DNA from: Eledone cirrhosa
Lineage: Eukaryota
Direction: 5' to 3'
Assembly (NCBI GenBank): GCA_964016885.1
Contig: OZ024751.1
Coordinates: forward strand, 1,426,001 to 1,490,000
Length of the DNA stretch: 64,000 nucleotides
Position numbers and translations under genes: made by a program. How positions within the stretch are numbered: position 1 is the first letter of the stretch; each line of letters begins with the position of its first letter. Under the pieces are notes generated by a model. The model was not told where the DNA came from and did not search any database. It worked only from the letters and a program-made list of their open reading frames with translations. Positions 13,040 through 25,353 of this stretch are shown here, piece after piece.

Positions 13040-15016
13040 TACACACATATATATGTATTTTTTTTTTATATATACTTTTTATATATTTTTTTTATGTGTA
13101 TTTGGTGTATACGTTCGTATGTGTGCGGGTACAGGCGTTGCGTGAGTTCTGTTTGCGCGCGCGTGGTGTTTTGTGTACGTGCTTGAATTTGTATACCCAT
13201 GGCGGGTGTTTTCACGTATGCATGTGTATGTACGTATATGGATGCGCGCATATATGTTTTTAATTTTTGTTGATTTCAATTACCACTGTAATTTATTTAC
13301 ATTATTCTTAACTAACTTTACCTTTCATCCTTACGGGGTCGATAAAATAAAGTACCAGTAATGTACTGGGTAATTGCTGGCCTTGTGCCAATAGTAGAAA
13401 CAATTATTCTTAACACTGAAGCCGAGTATTATTCGGTTTCCTAAATAGAATTTTAGTCTACGACTTCAGTTATACCATTTACGTGGTTTTGTTTTTGCGT
13501 GTAATTGTTCTCACCTCTCCACACAATGACGTATTAACTTCGCTTTTTTCGTTCATTGCCAGAGAACGTCTCCACGAACCACCTAATAGAATATTAGTCT
13601 ACGATTTCATTTATATCATAAACGGGGTTTTGTCTTTGCGTGTAATTGTTTTCACCGCTCCTAATTATGACGAGTTATCTTCGTTTTTTCCCCGTTCTTT
13701 GCCAGGGAACGTTTCCACGAACCAAAGTATCGCCTTCCTGTCTTCCTTCGGCTGCAACGTTTTACGAAATATTTACTTCTGCGTTCACAGATTGATTTTT
13801 TTAGTTTCAGAAGATCCCGTTAAGGGTGAAAGCAGCGATTCTTTGCTTAAACCTTAATCTGTTATTTTAATAAATATTTGCTCTACGGTTCTTATATATT
13901 TGATATATATTTATCCTTATCGAGCCCTCTTTGGATTTTTGTCTTCAAATTTATTATCATTACTATTTGACTCCCTCGGTTGAGTACTCTATTGACTTAT
14001 ATTCATCATGCAGAAACAACATCTGAATATTTCTACAAAGAACATACCTGTACCAAGCAGGAAAACATACCTAAAACTCCTGATACAGAAAACAGACGCG
14101 TTCATTAAATGGCTGCGTTGGCGTGCCTTTTATTTCGATAATCAGGGAAAAGCGGACAATAAACAGGATAAATTTGGGTTTAAAACCTATAATAACCCTC
14201 TGAGTAACCCAGCATTGCTACCCTTCGAAAATGATTGTCATTAATGAAATCAACGATGTTGGGTTTAAAATCACCTCTGATCTCAACATCCTGGACCGGA
14301 ATAAATCTCTAGACCCTATTTCTCCCCACTTTACCCTGAAGGATCACAAATCCAATTTCCCGAACAACCCCTCTATTCGGCTTATTAACCCTACGAAGTC
14401 CGATTTAGGTAGACTTAGTAAAAGGATTTTAGATAGAATTATACCTGAAATTAGAAGTTTGGCCCCTCTTGCACTGTGGAACAATTCTTTCGCGGTGATT
14501 GATTGGTTCAACGGCATATGCAACAAGGAACATTGCGGTTTTATCCAATTCGACATCAATAATTACTACTCCTCCACCACTTTACCACTTCTTCTTAGAG
14601 CTATCAATTTCGCTAAAACCCTCACGGTGGTTAAGGATTTCGAAGTTGATGTCATCCTCAATGCCCGAAAGTCGGTGATTAATTTCGACGACTCTATTTG
14701 GATTAAAAAATCTAATAGTACCCCATTTTACGTTAAGTATTGGCGCCAGCGATTCTGCGGAGGTTACTGATCTTATCGGCCTTTTCCTTCTTTTCTCTAT
14801 CAAGGAAGAATTTCCCAACGTGGGCGGTGGTTTGTACCGTGATGACAGTCTTTTGACCATGACAAAGTGCGGCCCACGTGCTTGCGACAGGTTCAGAAAA
14901 GACCTCACAGGCTTCTTTAAAGGCTTCAACCTCTCCATACTGGTCGAGGCCAACCTCTCGGTCGTTAATTACCTCGACTTGTCGATTACCCTCAATTTGT
15001 CGAATGGCTTGCACTA

Positions 15017-15017
<1 letters not shown>
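13040..15017 (+). mobile_element. PLE: upstream pseudo-LTR followed by a decayed, internally deleted RT ORF
   Basis: The ORF pieces read STKNIPVP..WRAF, TLKDHK.NFPNNP..RLINP.KS..G, FIQFDI..YY and GGGLYRDD. 13040-13870 is homologous to 48530-49100 and 56200-56880. Confidence 0.85.
13804..13852 (+). ncRNA. Hammerhead-like motif with a variant core (CAGAAGA)
   Basis: gttt-CAGAAGA-t ccc gttaa ggg t-GAAAGCA(loop)TGCTT-aaac. The same core is found in the copies at 48548-48596 and 56222-56270 (-). Confidence 0.6.
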
Positions 15018-15062
<45 letters not shown>

Positions 15063-15442
15063 TATTTGTGTGTGTGTGTATGTGTGTGTATTAGGACTAA
15101 AGAAGATGTATGTGCGACATTCAAGGGAAGAACGTATTACTGCAAATTATCTGGTAAGACAATTTAAGAAACTGGAATGTTTGGTGTATATGTGTGTATA
15201 TGCGTATGTGAGTGTATGTAGGTGTGTGTGTGTGTTTGTGTGTGGTGTTTCTGTGTATGTATTTGTATGCGTGTGTGTGTGTATGGGTATGTATGGGTGT
15301 ATGTGTGTGTATGTATGTGTATGTGTGTGTGTATGGGTATGTCTATGATTACCAGTTCCGTCCGGTCCTTTTTAGACTGAGACCAACCTTATCAATATCA
15401 TTGTTACCATAGCAACGATATCATAAAAATAGCTCGGTGTAA

Positions 15443-16320
15443 TCTATATATATAAAACTGAGGATGTCTGTCTGTGTGTGCGAGTTTGAATCCCTAAAAC
15501 TCAAGAACCTCCCAACCTTTTCAAACTTTATACGAGTTTTAGGGATTCAAACTCACAGACAAACACACACACACACAGACAGACATCCTCAGGGAAGTGA
15601 CGTAATACAGACAGATAGTATAAGGGCGCGACGTTATATCTATCTAAAAAGAGAAAGACTAAGAATTATAGAGAGCGATCGCTAAATCGCCTAATGCGGT
15701 CCCTAGGGCATTGAAAATTTGAAATTTATTTTGCTCAGAACACTCCCTGAAACATAAGTATAACCCCAACCGACTTCTTTCAAACTTTACACGTGTATTA
15801 CTTATGTTTCAGGGAGTGTTATGCACATAAAAAAAATTCAACTTTTTGATCCCCTAGTTGATCCGCATTAGTTGAAAAACTGCGTTAGGGGTTTTTTGAG
15901 TCGTTACGCCAGACTGACTTCCTTGAAATTGTAACTATGTATTAGTCAGTCTCTTCTTCATACCGTGAGCAAAGAAAATCCAACTTTTTTATGGCATAGG
16001 CGCACATTAGGTGAACAACTTCATTTTCCCAGCTTTTTAGGGCTTTTTTGAGGCGTTACGCCTAGCCTATTTTCCTGAAATTTCAAGGCATATTATGCAC
16101 ATAAAAAATTCATTTTCTTGATCCCCTAGGATCCCATTAGGTGAAAACCTGCATTTTTCCTGTTTCATCGAGGACAATCTTAAAGATTATCCAGCCATCA
16201 GAGTATTCGGTTTATTTTCTTTACATATTGTCCAGGCATACAGTTTTTCCACGATTAGGTCTGTTGGCGGCCCGCGTTCCAAAATACATTATCCCGTGCA
16301 ACGCCGGGTACCACTGCTAG
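15443..16320 (+). mobile_element. Non-autonomous Helitron
   Basis: It is inserted between A and T, with 5' TCTATATATATAAAA and 3' CTAG. A subterminal hairpin cccgtgcaacgccggg lies at 16293-16308, and there are internal degenerate tandem repeats. Confidence 0.85.
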
Positions 16321-16412
16321 TAAATTATAAAAGGACTGAGATCTATGTGTTGTGTGTTATAGTGTTACTATAGTATATGGACATAACATGGAGCTTTGAT
16401 TAGAAAAGGACT

Positions 16413-16459
<47 letters not shown>

Positions 16460-16564
16460 ATATATATATAAGGGAGATATATATATATAGAGAGAGAGAG
16501 AGGGAGGGGAGAGAGAGATAAATAGGTAGATACATAGATAGGTACTCACATATGTACGTATAAA

Positions 16565-16627
<63 letters not shown>

Positions 16628-16680
16628 CTATGTGTGTATGCATATCTATCTCTGTTATAGTGTCAGTGTAGTGTATGGAT

Positions 16681-17285
16681 AGGCGGCGAATTGGCTGAGT
16701 CGTTAGAACGTCGGATAGAATTATGGTATTCCGGCTCTCTGCTCTCTGAGATCAAATCCCGAGGTCTGGAGAGGGATGGACTCCGCCCCTTATGTCAATA
16801 CGGCGCCCCTACCAATCTATCAGGATTCCAAGGTGTGGTATCTTGGAAAAGTGTCATTCCCCATATCCTCGAGTTTGATTTCATGGCGTGGTATCTTGGA
16901 TAAGTGGGCATATGTCATTCCCCATAGCCTCGCGTTCTCGGGTTCGATTCTTTGGCTTGGACATCTGTCATTCCCCATATCCTCGTGTTGGACTCCACGG
17001 CGTAGTATCTTGGGCATGTGTCATTTACCATATCCTCGGGTTTATCCATGCCTTGTGAATGAAACTGAGAAGACCGAAACTGTTTGGAAGCCTATCGGAT
17101 GGACTGTACCTGTAATTGTTAGGGTCAGCCTCGTCACGCACTGTCTCAAGTTGAATCCACCAGAGTATTACGTTAAGAGTACACGTGCCAGTCGAATGCT
17201 CAGCCACTGACACGTTAATTTCATGAGCAGGTTGTTCGGTTGGTCGAACAACAGGAACACTCATCGTCGAAAGAGATGGAGGCCC
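16681..17285 (+). mobile_element. Composite SINE with internal tandem amplification
   Basis: A tRNA-like head AGGCGGCGAATTGGCTGAG is followed by four ~45-70 bp units gtggtatcttgg..tgtcattccccatatcctcg at 16834-17040. Confidence 0.6.
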
Positions 17286-17914
17286 ATCGTTTTATTATTT
17301 ATTACTTTTTTTTTTCGTTTTCATAGAGCAATAGTGGTGCTCCAGCATAGCCTCAGCCTGTCGGCTGGAATGCGTCATAGAGTAACAGAGTAATGTCGAG
17401 GAATTTAATGAAATATTGTTCAAGTGGAAAGACATAGAAGACATAGGAACGGTTATCAGGGGATGTAATCATATATATGTAATTAATGAATGTACAACTC
17501 GTACATAAATATAAAAGCTGGGAGAAATGTGTAGAACACGAGATAACTGACGGGAGGGGCAGAGAAAGGGATAGTTGGGTAGTTGATAAATAAATAATCG
17601 TTGAAAGATAAAAAGATAAACAAGATTGGAACGAAGGTAGAGGAAACCAAGAAAAATATATTCTGTTTTTAAACCGATAAATTTGCAAAGTGATTGGATA
17701 AATTTGTAAAATAAAAAATTGAAATTCTATTTGCTTTTTTTACGAAAAGCTGTCACAAGTGCATAAAAACTATAAAATACTTGACCAAGTCGTGTAAATT
17801 ATCCTTGGAGATAATGAAAAATGGCGGATAGGGATGTCTCGAATCGATCCATGCGACCTCCGTCTGTCGGGAGAACAACGCTTCCTAAATTGGTATATAT
17901 ATATATATGTATGG

Positions 17915-18200
17915 TTTCGTAATTCCTGGTAATGTCGTAGGGGCGCCGTATTGACATAAGACGTTTCTTGGGCATTTTAAGTCTGGCGGAGCCCATCCCT
18001 CTCCAGGCCTGAGTACAGAAGATTTCTTCCAGAGAAAGATAGAAAGTGAGAGAGATGAAATGAGAAAGAGATATAGAGAAAGAATTGACCACAGTACTAG
18101 ACTGGTACTTTTTTTTTATCAACCTCGAAAGGATGAAAGGCAAAGTTTACCTTGGTGGGATTTGTCGGAATACCAGAAAGCATTCTTCCCGACGTTCTAA
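17915..18200 (-). mobile_element. SINE, reverse copy of the 5637 family
   Basis: ctggtacttt..ttatcaacc..aaggatgaaaggcaaagtt is the reverse complement of the family core. Confidence 0.65.
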
Positions 18201-18358
18201 CAACAAATTTGGTACTATTTGCCCTTAATTTGACTTTTCTGTAGTTTACTACAACGTTCGGATTTTTTAGTACCTTTTAGATATTGTAGTTGCTTTGTGA
18301 ATTTGGGTTAATTGGTATTCGAAAATCGCCACGACTCTCTCGGGACGACGACGACAAC

Positions 18359-18421
18359 GAAGAAGAAGAAGAAGAAGAAGAAGAAGAAGAAGAAGAAGAA
18401 GAAGAAGAAGAAGAAGAAGAA
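18359..18421 (+). repeat. (GAA)n microsatellite at the 5' junction of the R4/Dong element
   Basis: Direct reading of the sequence. Confidence 0.95.
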
Positions 18422-21400
18422 GGGTAATAAGAACTAATGGGTGGATAAGCGAGCTGGAACTGGAGGAACTGAGCAGAGAGATTAGCTTGGAGATGGAGGG
18501 TGGAGTATGCCAGGCAAACGAGCCAGTGGGAAATGAAGGTGAAGAGGTCGAGAGAACGGAGGAACCACCCGAAACAGACAATGATCTGAATGCTGAGATA
18601 AATAATACCTGGAACAGAGATACGGCCACTGAGGAGATTAATGCTGGCGGACTAGGACAAGATTTGGTAGATATCCTAAACTTAGTGGTAGATGAATTGA
18701 ACAATGATAGTGGGAGACCTATGAACCTAAGATTTGTAGACAGGAAAAAGTTAAAAGAAACAACAGCTAAGGTAAACAAAGTCATCCCATACCTTGAGGC
18801 GAGGAGCCTTCACCAGTTCAACAATATCCTCAAAGCAACAGCAAATACGGTGAGGAAACTACTTGGTATAAAAGCGAGAGGAAACAACAAACAAGAAAGA
18901 GCAGAGCCTTGGTGGAAGAAACGACTGAGTGGTCAAATCAGGGAAATGAGAAATGACATTGGAAAGCTTGAGTCCCTACTGAATGGGACACTAAAAAACA
19001 TAGACACTAAAAATAGACTGGAAATAAAGTACAAAACTAGGAGGAAAAAGCTAAATATTATCATAGAGGAACTGAAGCAACGCATTGTAGCAAAGAGTGC
19101 AAAAATCAGGCGATACGAGAACAGAGTCAGTCAGTATAGACAGAACCGCATGTTCGACAACAACCAGAAGATGCTGTTTGGACAGCTTGAAGGGAAAGAA
19201 AGAGACAACGACTTGATCGCTGAGGCGGAACAAACTAAAACATTCTGGAGAGGAATATGGGAGCAGGATGTTAAACATAATGACCAGGCAGTGTGGATTG
19301 AGACAGTACAGAAGGAGATTAGTGAACAGGCACACCAACAAACTGAGTTGAGTATCACAGTTGAAACTCTTAAGGGGCAGGCCAAAAAACTAACCAACTG
19401 GAAATCACCAGGCCCAGATGGTGTGCAGGGGTGGATTAAAAATATAACATCCCTCAACCCGAAACTGACAACCATGTTCAATGACTGCTTGATGTCAGGT
19501 GAGGTACCAGAGTGGTTGACAAAAGGTACCACAGTTCTGATAATGAAAGACCGAATCAAGGGTAATGATGTTACCAACTATAGACCTATCACATGTCTGT
19601 CCGTAATGTGGAAACTGTTGACAAGCATTATGTCTGAGGAAATCTACCATCACCTCCACACAAGCAACTTGTTACCGGACGAACAGAAAGGATGCCGAAA
19701 GAAGTCACGTGGTACAAAGGACCAGTTACTTGTTGATAAGATGGTAATGAGGAATTGCAAGAGGAGACACACTGGTCTTGCCATGGGATGGATAGACTAC
19801 AAAAAGGCATTTGACATGGTGCCTCATTCTTGGATCACCAAAGGCCTGGAGATCTTCAAGGTGGCAGATAACATCAGACAGTTGTTGGGCAAAAGTATGA
19901 AGTCCTGGGAAACAGAGTTAACATCAACTGGAGAATCCTTGGGAAGCGTGAAGATCAAGAGAAGTATCTTCCAGGGAGATAGTCTGTCCCCTCTGCTGTT
20001 TGTCCTTGCCCTGATGCCCCTGACCAGTGTACTGCGAAAAGTGAGAGCAGGATACAGGTTGGGAAAGAGAGGGCTTACCATCAATCACCTCCTCTTCATG
20101 GACGATCTTAAGCTCTTCGGGAAGAGTGAGAAGGAGTTGGATGTGCTTGTTGACACTCCGTATTTTCAGCAATGATATATGTATGCAAATTGGTATTAGT
20201 AAGTGTGGAGTCATTGTGATGAAGAGGGGTAAGTTGAGCAGAAGTAACGGAATCCAGGTACCAACAGGTGAGATGATAAAGGAAATTGACTCTGAAGAAG
20301 GATACAAGTATTTGGGCGTTCTGGAGGCTGATGACATCAAGAACAAAAAAATGAAGGAATTGATAAGAACTGAATACATTCGGAGAGTAAGGAGCGTATT
20401 AAAGTCACATCTGAACAGTAGGAATGCCATAAGTGCAGTAAATTCCCGAGCTGTGTCTATTATTAGGTACAGTGCGGGAATTCTGAGATGGAATGTTGCT
20501 GAACAAAAAGAAATGGATAGGAAGACTAGGAAGTTATTGACTATCTACAACATGTTCCACAAGAGGAGTGATCTCGATAGACTCTACTTAAGGAGATCTG
20601 AAGGTGGAAGAGGTCTTATCAGCATAGAGGACTGTGTTCAGATGGAGAAAAACAACCTACACAAATACGTGACTGATAGTAAGGAGCCAATGCTCAGAAC
20701 TGTACTGAAGGAGGGGACAATAGGCCAGAGGATGTCCAAGGAGGAAATAACATCAAGGAGAAAGAGCAGCCTTCAGGAAAAATCCCTTCATAGTACCTTC
20801 TTTGAGAAAACTGAATTTAGAGATCCACAGACATGGAACTGGTTGAAAAGAGGAGACCTTAAAAAGGCTACAGAAGGAATGTTAATGGCTACGCAGGAGT
20901 AGGCCCTCAAAACGAAGTGGTTGAAACACCATATTTACAAGGAGGACGCTAGCCCACTGTGCAGGATCTGTGGAGAGAGAGAGGAGACTGTGGCTCACAT
21001 TGTATCCGAGTGTAAACACCTAGCCCAGACTCACTATAAGGGCTGGAGACATGATGTGATGGGCAGGGTGATCCACTGGCACCTATGCAAAGTAAACAAT
21101 TTACCACATTCTGAGAAGTGGTATGAGCATAAGCCAGAGGCGGTGATAGAAAACGATCAGGTGAAGGTGCTGTGGGATTTTAGGATACAGACGGACAAGA
21201 AACTGGAACACAATAGACCTGACCTGGTGGTTGTGGACAAAGAAAAAAGATCGTGCCCGATTGTGGATGTGGCCTGCCCATTCGACACGAGAGTGCAAGA
21301 GAAGGAGAGGGAGACAATTAACCGATACCAGGACTTAAAGTGAGGTAAAAAGGATTTGGAACTGCCATGAAGTCAAAGTGATCCCGATTGTCATAGGCGC

Positions 21401-21619
21401 ACTAGGGACTATCTCAAAAAGTTTCCAGGGATGGTTAAAGAAAATTGGCCCCTTCACGCTTTTTGGAACGCTTCGAAAGGCATGCTTGCTGGGAACAGCA
21501 AGAACCCTCCGATACGTCCTGATTATCTGAGGCTGCAGGTAGTGGCTTGATATTCATTTCTAGAAACTTTCCAGTTAACTAACATCAATGACTGAGACTC
21601 AAAGAGTAATAACAATAAT

Positions 21620-21658
<39 letters not shown>
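18422..21658 (+). mobile_element. R4/Dong-type RLE non-LTR retrotransposon, family A, 5'-truncated and disrupted
   Basis: RT motifs WKSPGPDG, NYRPITCL, WIDYKKAFD, IFQGDSLSP and LFMDD. Zinc knuckle CRIC..ETVAHIVSEC, RHD, and RLE motif PDLVV..IVDVACP. Frameshifts or stops occur near 20160, 20900 and 21343. It ends in a (TAA)n tail at 21607-21658. Confidence 0.92.
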
Positions 21659-21659
<1 letters not shown>

Positions 21660-21901
21660 TTTTCTTTATTAACAACAAGGGTTTACATAAAGTAGACATT
21701 AAGGACAGTACAGGACAATACAGGACGGTACAAATGGGCATTTCTGCGTGTAAAAAAACGGAGGTTGAAATAAAATAACAAAAAAAATTTCCCCAATAGG
21801 GGGGAGACTTCCGAGGGACATTTGTGGAGAAAGCCCATTAAAAGACCACAGTGGCCCTGACCACCAGGGCAAGTGCCCTCTCCCAGTTTTCCACCTTTAA
21901 T

Positions 21902-24900
21902 TTACAGACACATACTCAGAGAAGGCCCATTCATTCGGGCCATACTTGCTTCTCTCACCCATCTTTCAACAAAATGCTGGGAAGAGAGCACTTCCCTCTC
22001 TACCCTGATTTTCCTTTTCAAATGAAATTTGAAAAAGTTAATCAGGGCATCACTGAAGAGGTAAGTGCTCGTCTTCAGCCCTTTCAAACGTGTCCACCAT
22101 ACTATCTCTTTCGCCATGGCCACCAGACAGATAAAAACTGCCTGCCCTTCCCGGATAAAGGAAGGGGGCGGGGCAATCCTCACGATGGACTCAGCTGATA
22201 GCTGGATCCGTCCTACACGTGACAGCAGGTGTTCGACATAAACCCACAAGTCAGCAATGCTCGGACACTGGACGAGTGCGTGCAGGACGGTTTCGTCGCC
22301 CTGCGCGCATCTCGGACATGCCCGGCTGACGGCACCTCCATGCCTGTAGAGTTCATCCCGAACTGGCAAAGCTCCTCGGTAGCACTGCCAGGCCAGAGAT
22401 TTCTGGAAGTTGTCCATAGGCCCCGGCCCGAAAGTCCTTCCGAAGAGATTGGCTAGTTGATTTTCGTCGACGCCTAGAGTTTCTCCAAGTACGTCGTCGC
22501 TCTTCCCCTCCACTAATCCCCTATAGAACGCCAAGGTGGAGTTTCCACCGATCACATTGCCCGATTGGTTGAGGGCTGTGAGCGCCTGAAGACATTCCAG
22601 TCTCCAAGCGCTCCCTCTCGGTCTTCGCTTGACCCAGGACTGCAGCTCCGTCAAGGAAACGAGCTGGGGAAAAACGTGTCTAGCAAACGGCGACCACACC
22701 TGATCACCGTCGAGGAAGAGGTGGAGATGTCGTAGCCTGAGCGCGTGTCTGCGCATCATCAGCCACGGCATGCCCAGGCCTCCACGTAGCGGGTGTTGAC
22801 AGCAGATGGACCGCCTGACCATCGGAGCGCGTCCTTTCCACAAGAAGCGAAAGAGCAAACGCTCCAGCGCAGTCAGGCGTGGCTTAGGACAAGGTACGAC
22901 GGTCAGGCGGTAGTAGATGACGAATGCGATGTACGCATTCGCCACCTCCGCTCGACCTTTCAGGGATAGCTTCCTCTCGGCCCATTTCTGGGTGAGAGAA
23001 GCCACCCTGCTCGTCACCTCGTCCCAGTTTTTGTCCGTCTGGAGGTCCGGACCGAACCAGACCCCTAGCAATTTAACCGGTCCGTCCGTCCAGCGTCCGA
23101 CGACGCTGTTGGACGGCATGGACCTGCCTCTCCAGGTGCCGAGCTGCAGGCCCACTGACTTTTCCTGGTTGATCATTGCTCCTGTCACCGCTTCGTATTC
23201 TCTTAGTGTAGTGCCGATTGCCTCGATGTGTTTGGCGTTCGACACCACTACGGTGACATCGTCCGCATATGCTGACACGGATCTTCCGCATCCTAGTTCG
23301 CGCGGGACTCCCCTCAACGTCTCCAGTTTGTGCAGTAATGGCTCGAGAGTCAATACGTACAAGAGGGACGAGAGGGGACATCCTTGGCGGACCGAGCGCA
23401 TGATGTTGAACGGTTCCGACAGGTGACCGTTCACTCTCACCACAGAGCAGATGTCGCTGTGCATGGCAGCGATCCAGCCTCTGAAGACGGGCCCAAAACC
23501 AGCCGCCCTCAGGACTGCCGCTAGGTAACGATGGTCGACCCTATCGAAAGCTTTCGACTGATCTAAATTGATCAAGGACCCACCCGTGCCAGGTTCCTTA
23601 GCTACCCTCTCTATGATGTATCGCATGAGGTGGAGGTTGTCGTGGATGGATCTGTCGGGAATGGCGCATGTCTGCGCCTCTCCCACCAGACCACCAACGA
23701 CAAGCGCCAACCTCTTTGCTAGCACCTTGGCCAAAATCTTGAACTCTGTGTTTAGCAGAGTTATGGGCCGGAAATTGTCTATGTTATCCCCCTTGTTCGG
23801 ATCCTTTCTCAGCAGTGCCACCGCTCCTCGGCTCACAGAACTGGGAATTCTCCCGTTCTGTTGCCAGTTGCAGTAGACGTCCGCCAAGAGGCCTCCGAAC
23901 AAGTCTGGCATCTGTACGTAAAGTTCATAGGGCAAACCATCCAAACCAGGCGATTTACCCCTTGTGCAGCCAGTCATTGCCTCCCTTACTTCAGCGGCTG
24001 TTATCGGCTTTTCGCAACACTTCGCCTCAGTGGCCGAGAGCCACGGCAGTCCGTCGAGGTAGACACTAAAGTCCATCCCTCTACCCGGCCCACCGCTGCC
24101 CCCGAACAGCTGAGCGAAGTGTCGCTGAAAAGCTTCACACGTTTGCCCGGGATCGAGTAGCATGCGCCCGTCGTGGTCCACCAAAGACCGGATCGTGGCT
24201 TTGTTGCCACGACGCGCCTCCGCCACTCGGGCCCATTGAACGGCTTTCGTCCCCTCGTGTCTGAGAGCACGCACCCTTGCTCTGACAACGCAGCCTTCGT
24301 GCTTTGCATTGAAGAATTGGTCAAGGGCCAATTTCGCCGCAAGCACGTCGGTCGCAATACCTTTGCTAAGCGCCTCGTCTAATTTTCTAACTAGTTCTCC
24401 CTCTGCTCTATTTTTCTCTATTGCTAAAGCCTTACTAAACCTAATCGATTCTATTCTAATCGCTCTTTTCAGAGCAAACCACCACTTGTTGTTGACGATG
24501 GCCCCCGTCAACGCCCGCTTAACTAGTTCGCTAATCCGGTCTCTGTAGGCCTTGCGCGCTGGTAAGGACGCGTTTAGCTTCCAGTAGCCGGGTCCTCGTC
24601 TATGAAGCCTATCTAAGTCAAGCACACAGATCACGAATTTGTGGTCCGTGTAGCTGACTATCTTGAATTGTGGACAGCTTATGCTAGACCTATCTATTTC
24701 CCTACAAAATACTCTATCTAGATATGATCTGGATGACCCTATGCGATTTGTCCAAGTCCACATTGGCACATTCGGGAAATCCAATCGGTACCTGTCAGAC
24801 AGTTCAAAACGCCTGAGCAGGTTGGTGAGGCTCTTGCACCCTCCACCCCTATCCGCTAATCCCACACAGTCCCAGCGTGCATCTAAGATCCCGTTCCAGT

Positions 24901-25318
24901 CGCCCACTAACACTAAAGAGCGGGACGTTCCAAGAAAGGTCTCCAGACGCCGGAAGAAATCAGGCCGCCCTGCTCCTGTCGGGGTATAGGCCACTAGCCT
25001 TAAAGCTTGCCCGTCTCCGCTGGTCACGTCCAGCACCACCAGCTTACCCTCTGGGTCCAGGAAGATGGCCCGTATGGCGAGATCCAAACCTCTCCGAAAA
25101 AGCACAGCAACTCCTCCACCCGATCCAGGACGGCTGGGAGATGCGTACACATCGTAGCCGCCGAAGATCGGTGCGAAGGCCCGTGCTTCGGAGATTCTGG
25201 TCTCGCTGATGGCCACTACATCTATGTTTAGTGACCTGAGGTCGTTGAGCAGGTGACCCTGCTTCCATGACGACCCCAAGCCACGTGCATTTATGCTGCC
25301 TATTCTGAGTGAGGTCAT
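21902..25318 (-). CDS. Tx1 ORF2: APE endonuclease, reverse transcriptase and C-terminal zinc finger (1138 aa)
   Basis: Motifs SINARG, SETR, GDWN, YLDR, TDH, GYWKLN, KSPGLDG, NFRPITLLN, KAFDRVDH, RQGCPLS, AYADD and CPRC..ETVLHALVQC. Confidence 0.93.
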   Translation of the reverse strand: MTSLRIGSINARGLGSSWKQGHLLNDLRSLNIDVVAISETRISEARAFAPIFGGYDVYASPSRPGSGGGVAVLFRRGLDLAIRAIFLDPEGKLVVLDVTSGDGQALRLVAYTPTGAGRPDFFRRLETFLGTSRSLVLVGDWNGILDARWDCVGLADRGGGCKSLTNLLRRFELSDRYRLDFPNVPMWTWTNRIGSSRSYLDRVFCREIDRSSISCPQFKIVSYTDHKFVICVLDLDRLHRRGPGYWKLNASLPARKAYRDRISELVKRALTGAIVNNKWWFALKRAIRIESIRFSKALAIEKNRAEGELVRKLDEALSKGIATDVLAAKLALDQFFNAKHEGCVVRARVRALRHEGTKAVQWARVAEARRGNKATIRSLVDHDGRMLLDPGQTCEAFQRHFAQLFGGSGGPGRGMDFSVYLDGLPWLSATEAKCCEKPITAAEVREAMTGCTRGKSPGLDGLPYELYVQMPDLFGGLLADVYCNWQQNGRIPSSVSRGAVALLRKDPNKGDNIDNFRPITLLNTEFKILAKVLAKRLALVVGGLVGEAQTCAIPDRSIHDNLHLMRYIIERVAKEPGTGGSLINLDQSKAFDRVDHRYLAAVLRAAGFGPVFRGWIAAMHSDICSVVRVNGHLSEPFNIMRSVRQGCPLSSLLYVLTLEPLLHKLETLRGVPRELGCGRSVSAYADDVTVVVSNAKHIEAIGTTLREYEAVTGAMINQEKSVGLQLGTWRGRSMPSNSVVGRWTDGPVKLLGVWFGPDLQTDKNWDEVTSRVASLTQKWAERKLSLKGRAEVANAYIAFVIYYRLTVVPCPKPRLTALERLLFRFLWKGRAPMVRRSICCQHPLRGGLGMPWLMMRRHALRLRHLHLFLDGDQVWSPFARHVFPQLVSLTELQSWVKRRPRGSAWRLECLQALTALNQSGNVIGGNSTLAFYRGLVEGKSDDVLGETLGVDENQLANLFGRTFGPGPMDNFQKSLAWQCYRGALPVRDELYRHGGAVSRACPRCAQGDETVLHALVQCPSIADLWVYVEHLLSRVGRIQLSAESIVRIAPPPSFIREGQAVFICLVAMAKEIVWWTRLKGLKTSTYLFSDALINFFKFHLKRKIRVEREVLSSQHFVERWVREASMARMNGPSLSMCL

Positions 25319-25353
25319 GTTTAAAATAGAGTGGAAAAGATGGGAAAGACCAC

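Noticed and set aside
16834-17040. CRISPR-like repeat/spacer pattern
   Set aside because: The context is eukaryotic, the repeats are degenerate, the spacers are related to each other and there are no cas genes.
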